Part shown: positions 57,064 to 64,000 of the stretch, one piece after another | How positions within the stretch are numbered: the first letter of the stretch is position 1 | Layout: each line of letters starts with the position of its first letter | DNA from: an uncultured Ruminococcus sp. | Lineage (GTDB): Bacteria; Bacillota; Clostridia; Oscillospirales; CAG-272 | Direction of reading: 5' to 3' | Assembly (NCBI GenBank): GCA_964522215.1 | Contig: CAZFVR010000002.1 | Coordinates: 53,880 to 117,879, forward strand | Length of the DNA stretch: 64,000 nt | Notes under the pieces: generated by a model | The model's input: the letters and a program-made list of their open reading frames with translations, nothing else | Databases searched by the model: none | What the model was told of the DNA's origin: nothing | Translations under genes and position numbers: made by a program

Positions 57064-57702
57064 ATGAATCTAATTATAATGGGAGCCCCCGGCGCAGGCA
57101 AGGGCACACAGTCAGAGCTTATCTCTAAAAGAGAGAGGATCCCCGCAATATCAACGGGTCAGATCCTTCGCGGTGCAATCAAGGCGGGGACAGAGCTTGG
57201 CATGAAGGCAAAATCCTTTATGGATGCAGGCGGTCTTGTTCCCGATGAGGTCGTAAACGGTATCATCAGAGAGTATCTGCTCTCCGATGAATGCCGCCGC
57301 GGCTTTATCCTTGACGGTTTCCCGCGCACATTAGCTCAGGCTGAGGCACTTGAAAACATGGGTGTGCGCATCGATGCCGTCCTCTCGATAGAGGTCGGAG
57401 ACGAGAAGATCATCAAACGTATGAGCGGACGCCGCGTTTGCGAATGCGGAATGTCCTATCACACCGAGTATCTTCCCCCGAAGGAAGAGGGCAAATGCGA
57501 CAAATGCGGCAAGGAACTCGTAATACGCAGTGACGACGCCGCCGAGACTGTAGCAAAACGCCTTGAGACCTATCACGCACAGACCGAGCCGCTGCTTGAA
57601 TTCTACGATCGCCGCGGAAAACTGATCCGCGTCGAGGGACAGGAGCGCGTAGAGGATACTACAGCTCTTGTGGAAAAAGCCTTGGCTTCGGTGGGCAAGT
57701 GA
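57064..57702 (+). CDS. adk: Adenylate kinase (zinc-lid type)
   Basis: MNLIIMGAPGAGKGTQ.. P-loop. The lid is CECG..CDKCG. ATG at 57064. Confidence 0.95.
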   Translation: MNLIIMGAPGAGKGTQSELISKRERIPAISTGQILRGAIKAGTELGMKAKSFMDAGGLVPDEVVNGIIREYLLSDECRRGFILDGFPRTLAQAEALENMGVRIDAVLSIEVGDEKIIKRMSGRRVCECGMSYHTEYLPPKEEGKCDKCGKELVIRSDDAAETVAKRLETYHAQTEPLLEFYDRRGKLIRVEGQERVEDTTALVEKALASVGK

Positions 57703-57703
57703 A

Positions 57704-58453
57704 ATGATCCCGTTAAAAAGTAAAGAACAGATAGCCGAAATGAGCGATGCCTGCCGCATCACCGCCGAGGCCATGGCCAAGGCAATAGAGGTGATACGCG
57801 AGGGCGTCAGCACATGGGAGATCGACCGGGTCATCCGTCGATATATCGAGAGCCGAGGTGCTAAACCTACCTTTCTCGGATACGGCGGATTCCCCGGAAG
57901 TGCATGCATAAGCCTGAACGATGAGGTCATTCACGGTATCCCCTCCAAAAAGAAGATCCTTTTTGAGGGTGACATCGTGAAGATAGACGTTGGTGCGTTT
58001 TATCACGGTTTTACCGGCGATATGGCGCGTACCATACCCGTCGGGCGGGTGAGCGAGGATGTTCAAAGGCTGATCGATACCACCGAGCGGAGCTTTTATT
58101 GCGGAGTTGAACAATTCCGCGAGGGCAACCGCATAGGGGATATCGGCCACGCCATCCAAAGCTGCGTCGAGGCGGCCGGCTTCTCGGTGGTGAGAAGATA
58201 TATCGGTCACGGCGTGGGGCATGAGCTGCATGAGGATCCGGAGGTTCCAAACTTTGGAGTAGCCGGGCGAGGCGTGCGGCTTTGCACAGGCATGACACTT
58301 GCGATCGAGCCCATGGTAAACATGGGACGTTATGAGGTGCGTGAGCTTAGCGACGGTTGGACGGTCAAGACCGCTGACGGAACGCTATCGGCGCACTACG
58401 AAAACTCGGTAGCACTTACTGAGGACGGACCGAGGATACTTACGGTCGTCTGA
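57704..58453 (+). CDS. map: Methionine aminopeptidase, type I
   Basis: MIPLKSKEQIAEMSDACRI..GYGGFPGSACISLNDEVIHGIP..DVGA..GHGVGHELHE.. Confidence 0.95.
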   Translation: MIPLKSKEQIAEMSDACRITAEAMAKAIEVIREGVSTWEIDRVIRRYIESRGAKPTFLGYGGFPGSACISLNDEVIHGIPSKKKILFEGDIVKIDVGAFYHGFTGDMARTIPVGRVSEDVQRLIDTTERSFYCGVEQFREGNRIGDIGHAIQSCVEAAGFSVVRRYIGHGVGHELHEDPEVPNFGVAGRGVRLCTGMTLAIEPMVNMGRYEVRELSDGWTVKTADGTLSAHYENSVALTEDGPRILTVV

Positions 58454-58474
58454 TATCGATAGGAGGAATGAAAC

Positions 58475-58693
58475 TTGCCGAAGGATGATGTAATTGAGTT
58501 TGAAGGTACCGTTATCGACGCTCTGCCGAATACGGTATTTAAGGTGCAGCTCCCCAACGGTCATATAGTGACCGCGCATATTTCGGGTAAGCTGCGGATG
58601 AACTATATAAGGATACTGCCCGGCGACCGCGTGACGGTCGAGGTCTCGGTGTACGACCTTACAAAGGGTCGCATCACATGGAGAGCAAAGTAA
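58475..58693 (+). CDS. infA: Translation initiation factor IF-1
   Basis: (TTG start) [51 protein letters not shown]... Confidence 0.95.
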   Translation: MPKDDVIEFEGTVIDALPNTVFKVQLPNGHIVTAHISGKLRMNYIRILPGDRVTVEVSVYDLTKGRITWRAK

Positions 58694-58829
58694 TAAACGC
58701 GGTGCTTCTTGCTTTGAACCCTAAGGGCTCCAAGCGAGGATCTAATGCAAGAGCGTATGTTACAGAAAGCTCACTATCCTATCGTTATTTAGTTCGTTGG
58801 TAAAAAATCAGAAAGGTATGGTCAGATAA

Positions 58830-58943
58830 ATGAAAGTAAAGCCATCCGTAAAAAAGATCTGCGAAAAGTGCAAGATCATAAAAAGACATGGCCGTGTAAT
58901 GGTCATATGCGAAAACCCCAAGCACAAACAGCGTCAGGGTTAA
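58830..58943 (+). CDS. rpmJ: 50S ribosomal protein L36
   Basis: Hand-translated 37-aa [40 protein letters not shown]. It is below the ORF-track size cutoff. Confidence 0.93.
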   Translation: MKVKPSVKKICEKCKIIKRHGRVMVICENPKHKQRQG

Positions 58944-58975
58944 GCGAAAAACAGTAGAAGAAAGGATCAAACAGA

Positions 58976-59344
58976 ATGGCTCGTATAGCTGGTGTTGATA
59001 TTCCTAATCAGAAGCGCGTCGAGATCGCCCTTACCTACATTTACGGTATAGGCCGCAAGAGCGCCAACGATATCCTTGTAAAGACGGGCATCGACCCCGA
59101 TACCCGCGCTAAGGATCTTACCGAAGAGCAGGTTGCCAAGCTGCGTGATGAGATCGAGAACAACTATGTGGTTGAGGGTGACCTCCGCCGTGACGTTGCT
59201 CTTAACATCAAGCGTCTGGTCGAGATCAACTGCTACCGCGGTATCAGACACAGAAAAGGTCTCCCTGTAAGAGGTCAGAGAACCAAGACCAATGCAAGAA
59301 CACGCAAGGGTCCGGCGAAGACCATCGCAAACAAGAAGAAGTAA
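58976..59344 (+). CDS. rpsM: 30S ribosomal protein S13
   Basis: [30 protein letters not shown].. Confidence 0.97.
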   Translation: MARIAGVDIPNQKRVEIALTYIYGIGRKSANDILVKTGIDPDTRAKDLTEEQVAKLRDEIENNYVVEGDLRRDVALNIKRLVEINCYRGIRHRKGLPVRGQRTKTNARTRKGPAKTIANKKK

Positions 59345-59357
59345 AGGAGCATAAGAA

Positions 59358-59756
59358 ATGGCTAACGTTTCTGCCAAGAAGGTCATCAAAAAGCGCCGCG
59401 AACGTAAAAATATACAGTTCGGACAGGTACACATCCGTGCGACCTTCAACAATACTATCGTTACAATCACCGATATGGACGGCAACGCTATTTCGTGGGC
59501 ATCTGCCGGAGAGCTTGGTTTCAAGGGCTCCCGTAAGTCCACTCCGTTTGCCGCACAGTCCGCCTCCGAGACAGCTGCAAAGGCTGCCATCGAGCACGGC
59601 CTTAAGTCGGTAGAGGTATATGTCAGAGGCCCCGGATCGGGACGTGAGTCCGCCATCCGTGCGCTTGAGACCGTAGGCCTCCAGATCACCATGATCAAGG
59701 ACGTAACACCCGTTCCTCACAACGGCTGCCGTCCCCCCAAACGCCGCCGCGTTTGA
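59358..59756 (+). CDS. rpsK: 30S ribosomal protein S11
   Basis: ..[43 protein letters not shown].. Confidence 0.97.
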   Translation: MANVSAKKVIKKRRERKNIQFGQVHIRATFNNTIVTITDMDGNAISWASAGELGFKGSRKSTPFAAQSASETAAKAAIEHGLKSVEVYVRGPGSGRESAIRALETVGLQITMIKDVTPVPHNGCRPPKRRRV

Positions 59757-59783
59757 TCAAAAAAACACAGGAGGAACCAGAGA

Positions 59784-60410
59784 ATGGCAAGATATATTGG
59801 CTCTGCATGCAAGATATGCCGCAGAGAAGGCACCAAGCTCTATCTTAAGGGCGAGCGCTGCACAAGCGACAAGTGCGCATTTGAGCGCAGACCTGTTGCT
59901 CCCGGTCAGCACGGTGCAGCCAGAAAGAAACAGAGAGAGTACGGTCTGCAGCTCCGCGAGAAGCAGAAAGTCAAGAGATACTACGGCATGGTCGAGAAGC
60001 AGTTCCTTAACTACTTCCACGAGGCCGACCGCCTTGAGGGTATGACCGGTGAGAACCTGCTTATACTCCTTGAGCGCAGACTTGACAACGCCGTATACAG
60101 AATGGGCATCGGCGACAGCCGCAAGGAGACCCGTCAGATCGTTCTGCACGGCCACATCCTTGTAAACGGTAAAAAGGTAAACATCCCCTCCTACCGTCTG
60201 CGTGTAGGCGACGTTATCAGCGTTGCAGAAAACAGCCGCAAGAGCGAGAGAATGAAAGCCTTTATCGAATCCCTGGAGAAGAAGAGCGCTCCGAAGTGGC
60301 TTGAGATCAATGCAAACGATGCATCTGCAAAGGTCGCATCGCTTCCTGCAAGAGACGATATCGAGCAGAGCTTCAACGAGCAGCTTATCGTCGAGCTTTA
60401 TTCCAAGTAA
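59784..60410 (+). CDS. rpsD: 30S ribosomal protein S4
   Basis: [36 protein letters not shown].. Confidence 0.97.
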   Translation: MARYIGSACKICRREGTKLYLKGERCTSDKCAFERRPVAPGQHGAARKKQREYGLQLREKQKVKRYYGMVEKQFLNYFHEADRLEGMTGENLLILLERRLDNAVYRMGIGDSRKETRQIVLHGHILVNGKKVNIPSYRLRVGDVISVAENSRKSERMKAFIESLEKKSAPKWLEINANDASAKVASLPARDDIEQSFNEQLIVELYSK

Positions 60411-60538
60411 TACCGGCAGCCACGGGGTCACCATGGCAGCCGGAACCGACATCGACGGCCACGGACCTTATGGCATCAACAATTGCGCATAGATATAAAA
60501 ACGCAAGCTGAAAAATATAGTTGGAGGGTATATTTGGA

Positions 60539-61516
60539 ATGATTGAAATAGAAAAGCCCAATATCGCAACGGTGAATTTGAGCGAGGACGGAAGAACCGG
60601 AACATTTGTTGTTGAACCGCTTGAGCGTGGCTACGGCATCACTCTCGGCAACTCGCTGAGACGTGTACTGCTCAGCTCGCTGCCCGGCGTTGCCGTCACC
60701 TCCATCAAGGTGGATGGCGTGCTGCACGAATTTTCCACAGTCCCCGGCATGACCGAGGATATGACCGAGTTTGTTCTTAACGTAAAGGGCATAGTTGCAA
60801 AGCTTCACACCTCAAATCCCAAGACCGTCATTCTTGACGTAACGGGACCCCACAAGGTGGTTGCAGGAGACATAAAGCAGGATTCTGATATTGAGATACT
60901 CAATCCCGATCATGTTTTGGCAACACTTTCAGAGGGTGGACATCTGTTTGCCGAGCTCACCTTTGAGTGCGGCCGCGGATATGTATCACAGGATCGAAAC
61001 AAGCTGATCCATGCCGATGCATACGGTCCTAATGTAAGCGCGCCTATCGGTCTCATATACACCGACTCGATCTACACACCTGTTTATAACGTCAGCTACA
61101 ATGTGGAGAACACACGTGTGGGCAGTAACATTGCCGATTACGATAAGCTGACTCTTGAAGTCCTTACAAACGGGACTATAACGGCAAAAGAAGCGATTTC
61201 ACTCGGCGCCAAGATTCTCAACGAGCATCTCAACTTGTTTGTGGATTTGTCGGATGAAGCAAAGAACGCTGAAATAATGGTCGTTAGCGGCGAAAGCCCG
61301 AAGGAAAAAGTTCTTGAGATGACCATTGAGGATCTTGACCTGTCCGTGCGTAGCTTCAACTGCTTGAAGCGCGCACAGATCGACACGGTCGCAGATCTTG
61401 TCAGCCGCTCCGAGGACGAAATGATCAAGGTGCGTAACCTCGGTAAGAAATCGCTTGAAGAAGTTACCCAAAAGCTCCAATCGCTTGGTCTCGGCCTGCG
61501 CCGTGACGAAGAATAA
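60539..61516 (+). CDS. rpoA: DNA-directed RNA polymerase alpha subunit
   Basis: [50 protein letters not shown].. The C-terminal domain is ..[23 protein letters not shown]... Confidence 0.96.
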   Translation: MIEIEKPNIATVNLSEDGRTGTFVVEPLERGYGITLGNSLRRVLLSSLPGVAVTSIKVDGVLHEFSTVPGMTEDMTEFVLNVKGIVAKLHTSNPKTVILDVTGPHKVVAGDIKQDSDIEILNPDHVLATLSEGGHLFAELTFECGRGYVSQDRNKLIHADAYGPNVSAPIGLIYTDSIYTPVYNVSYNVENTRVGSNIADYDKLTLEVLTNGTITAKEAISLGAKILNEHLNLFVDLSDEAKNAEIMVVSGESPKEKVLEMTIEDLDLSVRSFNCLKRAQIDTVADLVSRSEDEMIKVRNLGKKSLEEVTQKLQSLGLGLRRDEE

Positions 61517-61569
61517 GCGATGGGCAGGGTAAAGCGAAACGAAAAGAAACATTAAGGAGGGAGCATAAG

Positions 61570-61992
61570 ATGCCCGGAACCAGAAAGCTCGGCAGACCCA
61601 CCGCTCACAGAAACGCGATGCTTCGCGGACTTGTGACCTATCTGCTTGAGAACGGTAAGGTCGAGACGACTCTCACCCGTGCGAAGGAAGTTCGCGCGAT
61701 GGCTGATAAGATGATCACTCTCGGCAAAGATAACACACTTGCAAGCCGCCGTGCTGCTCTTGCTTATATTACCAAAGAGGATGTTGTTACTAAGCTGTTC
61801 ACACAGATAGCACCCCTCTATGCCGATGTAAACGGCGGTTACACCGCTATTTACAAGCTCGGTCCCCGTCGCGGCGATGCAGCCGAGATGGCCATCATCA
61901 CTCTGACAAAGAGCGTTGAGGAAAAGGTCGAGGAAAAGAGCAAGAAGAAAGCCAAGAACGCTGATAAGGCAGAGGACGCAAAGGCCGAATAA
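61570..61992 (+). CDS. rplQ: 50S ribosomal protein L17
   Basis: [42 protein letters not shown].. Confidence 0.96.
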   Translation: MPGTRKLGRPTAHRNAMLRGLVTYLLENGKVETTLTRAKEVRAMADKMITLGKDNTLASRRAALAYITKEDVVTKLFTQIAPLYADVNGGYTAIYKLGPRRGDAAEMAIITLTKSVEEKVEEKSKKKAKNADKAEDAKAE

Positions 61993-62006
61993 GCCTGCGC
62001 ACTCAA

Positions 62007-62046
62007 GGGCTGACCCGCCAAAGGTGGGTCGGCCCACTTTTTCTTA
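62007..62046 (+). terminator. Rho-independent terminator of the alpha operon
   Basis: GGGCTGACCCGCC-AAA-GGTGGGTCGGCCC (13-bp stem including two G-U pairs), followed by ACTTTTTCTT. Confidence 0.85.
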
Positions 62047-62054
62047 AAAAAAGA

Positions 62055-62083
62055 TTGACAATCGCATGCCGATAATGTATAAT
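62055..62083 (+). promoter_or_regulatory. Consensus sigma-A promoter of hisS
   Basis: TTGACA (62055-62060), 17-nt spacer, TATAAT (62078-62083). Confidence 0.7.
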
Positions 62084-62228
62084 TAAAAGACGTGAAAATG
62101 ATCGTTCGTATCGGCCTGACGAGCGATAGATGGAACGATCGGATCGATAGAATGTAAATACAAAACGTAGAAGAACACGAAAACAAAAACAGAGCCTCCC
62201 CGTATGGCGCGGGGAAAAGGGAGAAAAG

Positions 62229-63458
62229 ATGCAACTTATAAAAACGCCTACCAAGGGTATGAACGACTATCTTCCGCGCGAGACCAGACTGCGCGAGTAT
62301 GTTAAGAGCGTAATAATCCGTGCTTACGAAAAGAGCGGATTTTCAATGATAGAGACCCCGGCAGTTGAACATATAGAAAACCTTACCGGAAAAAACGGCG
62401 GAGATAATGAAAAGCTGATATTTAAGATCATGAAGCGCGGCGAAAAACTCAACGAGGCGGCCGCGGGCGATGCCGAGCTTTGCGACAGCGGGCTCAGATA
62501 CGATCTTACCGTGCCGCTTTCAAGATACTACGCCAACAATCAAGCCAAGCTTACAACTCCGTTTATGGCAATGCAAATTGGCAATGTTTGGCGTGCCGAC
62601 CGTCCGCAAAAGGGGCGTTTTCGCCAGTTTACGCAGTGCGATATCGATATCCTCGGCGATGCCACTCCGCTGGCCGAGATCACACTCATCTCCGCCACTA
62701 CGGGCGTTTTGCGTGAGCTGGGCTTTGATAACTTTACCGTCCGCATAAACGACCGCCGCCTGCTTAAGGTGTGCGCCGACTATTGCGGCTTTGCACCGGA
62801 GGACTGCGACCGTGTGTTCATCTCGCTTGATAAGATGGATAAGATCGGTCTTGGCGGTGTCAGAGAGGATCTTATATCCGAGGGCTTTGCGCCTGAAATG
62901 GTAGATAAATATATCGCACTGTATGATGGCGGAGATGTAAGCGTAGCGGACTTTGTGCGTGACCGTCTCGGTGGCAACGGTGCGGATATAGCGGCATCTC
63001 TTGAGGGGATAATGCGCTGTGCCACCGCGGCAACGGCGGGCGGATGCAGCCTTAAATTCGATCCCACTCTCGTGCGTGGCATGTCCTATTACACCGGCAC
63101 GATATTTGAAATAAGCATGGATGGCTACGGCTACGCAGTTGGCGGCGGCGGAAGATATGATGAGATGCTGGCCAAGTTCTCAGGAATGAAGACCCCTGCA
63201 TGTGGCTTTTCACTTGGCTTTGAGCGCATAGTGGCCGCACTGGCCGACCGCGGCTTTGAGCCGCCGGCGGCAGAACGTCGCGTGGTGTTTTTGGCCGCTA
63301 AGGGCATGGAGGAGGAGCGCATGCTTGCCATGTTTGCGGATGCGGCGGCTCTGCGTGCCGAGGGCGCACAGGTGCTCGTTACCCCGCGTATGAAAAATGT
63401 GGGCTTCCAAAAGACCAAGCTTTCGGAGGACGGATATACAGAGTTCGTTGAGTATTGA
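62229..63458 (+). CDS. hisS: Histidine--tRNA ligase
   Basis: ..KGMNDYLPRETRLREYV.., motif 2 ..WRADRPQKGRFRQFTQCDIDILG.., motif 3 ..GGGGRYDEML.., plus an anticodon-binding-like C-terminus. 409 aa. Confidence 0.85.
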   Translation: MQLIKTPTKGMNDYLPRETRLREYVKSVIIRAYEKSGFSMIETPAVEHIENLTGKNGGDNEKLIFKIMKRGEKLNEAAAGDAELCDSGLRYDLTVPLSRYYANNQAKLTTPFMAMQIGNVWRADRPQKGRFRQFTQCDIDILGDATPLAEITLISATTGVLRELGFDNFTVRINDRRLLKVCADYCGFAPEDCDRVFISLDKMDKIGLGGVREDLISEGFAPEMVDKYIALYDGGDVSVADFVRDRLGGNGADIAASLEGIMRCATAATAGGCSLKFDPTLVRGMSYYTGTIFEISMDGYGYAVGGGGRYDEMLAKFSGMKTPACGFSLGFERIVAALADRGFEPPAAERRVVFLAAKGMEEERMLAMFADAAALRAEGAQVLVTPRMKNVGFQKTKLSEDGYTEFVEY

Positions 63459-63476
63459 TCTACCTATATAATATTT

Positions 63477-63517
63477 CAAGAAACAAAGCCGAGTCGCCGA
63501 CTCGGCTTTGTTTCTTG
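63477..63517. terminator. Bidirectional terminator hairpin between hisS and the symporter gene
   Basis: 19-20-bp stem CAAGAAACAAAGCCGAGTCG/CGACTCGGCTTTGTTTCTTG between convergent genes. Confidence 0.8.
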
Positions 63518-63529
63518 GGGGAGAGCGTG

Positions 63530-64000
63530 TCAGCTGCCGTCCTTTTTTGATATTGTCGCCGTCTCCCCACGGACCTCGCGGCGGAGGGCGAGTAGGGCGG
63601 CAAGGTTTATCATAGTCATCACACCGATGATCATATCCGCGATCGCCCAAGCGGAGGCGGCTGTCATAACCGCGCCGATATACGCGGAGGCGGCATAGAC
63701 AACATTAAACCACGCAACGGTGCGGCGGCGGGCGGACGGTCCGAGGCCGAGCTGAGCTATGCACTCCTGGCCGTAAAATGCCCAGCATGCAACGGTGGCG
63801 GCGGCAAACAGCAATACGGCGGCGGCAAGCGGCAATACCGCCCACTTGCCAAGCGCTGAGGCGTACGCCGCTATCGTCATCATGGCAGGATCGTGGCTGT
63901 AGAGCACAGCCGCATCATAATTAGTAAGCACCACCAAAGCAGTCGCGGCTGCAAGCACCAGCGTATCAACTACCACCTCAGCGATGCCCAAAAAGCCCTG
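63530..64000 (-). CDS. Alanine/glycine:cation symporter (AGCS) family protein, C-terminal part (5-prime end beyond window)
   Basis: The reverse frame is open to position 64000. ..GIAEVVVDTLVLAAATALVVL..ACWAFYGQECIAQL..AWAIADMIIGVMTMINLAALLAL.. resembles the C-terminal helices of AGCS carriers. Confidence 0.7.
   Translation of the reverse strand, partial: QGFLGIAEVVVDTLVLAAATALVVLTNYDAAVLYSHDPAMMTIAAYASALGKWAVLPLAAAVLLFAAATVACWAFYGQECIAQLGLGPSARRRTVAWFNVVYAASAYIGAVMTAASAWAIADMIIGVMTMINLAALLALRREVRGETATISKKDGS

Noticed and set aside
1-64000. Looked for CRISPR arrays, tRNA/rRNA/tmRNA/RNase P/SRP RNA genes, IS elements, integrases, restriction-modification or other defence modules, and toxin-antitoxin pairs.
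   Set aside because: I found no repeat-spacer periodicity. I also found no tRNA T-loop/acceptor patterns outside coding sequence, no conserved blocks of the listed RNAs, and no transposase, recombinase or nuclease-NTPase gene signatures. The lone XRE gene has a membrane-protein partner, not a toxin.

Overview
This 64-kb window comes from a Firmicutes/Clostridia-type chromosome. Protein signatures look like Oscillospiraceae/Ruminococcaceae, and GC is mid-50s % by eye. It is mostly housekeeping DNA.

Gene content, left to right:
- 1-11.5 kb, reverse strand: MBOAT+DHHW acyltransferase pair, an ECF sigma / anti-sigma / lipoprotein operon, gltX-glnS, and a MacB/FtsX-type ABC exporter.
- 11.9-18 kb: GTP-PEPCK, a low-GC islet of decayed genes, an Isf-type flavoprotein and nrdR.
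- 18.9-23.8 kb: T-box leader, then pheS-yitT-pheT.
- 24-28.6 kb: type III glutamine synthetase divergent from an ANTAR regulator-guaA operon.
- 28.6-31 kb: a small accessory insert, followed by a GATase-less guaA paralog.
- 32-42 kb: EEP nuclease/phosphatase, thioredoxin plus an FTR-like protein, nucleoside hydrolase, GH20 hexosaminidase, a 1205-aa PHP/lamin-tail protein and manA.
- 42.4-43.5 kb: an inverted rplJL unit with its L10 leader.
- 45.9-62 kb: the complete S10-spc-alpha ribosomal cluster (rpsJ to rplQ, including secY, adk, map, infA, rpoA).
- 62-64 kb: hisS and a truncated alanine/cation symporter gene.

I saw no rRNA, tRNA, CRISPR array, transposase, integrase or recognisable defence genes. 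I cannot support a claim of a new multi-gene system here.

The observations most worth a second look:
- Unusually long, hairpin-rich non-coding segments inside or ahead of the ribosomal cluster: a 255-nt rpsZ-rpsH spacer, a ~350-nt rpsJ leader and a 160-nt rpsJ-rplC spacer.
- The stand-alone GuaA synthetase-domain paralog and the accessory insert in front of it.
- The tail-anchored PHP/LTD giant protein.
- The glnN leader, with a terminator-like hairpin and a 22-bp palindrome, next to an ANTAR regulator.
- Four discrete gene lesions in accessory genes: a 13-bp tandem duplication, two homopolymer frameshifts and an in-frame TAA.

All calls come from reading the sequence and the ORF track. No searches were run.
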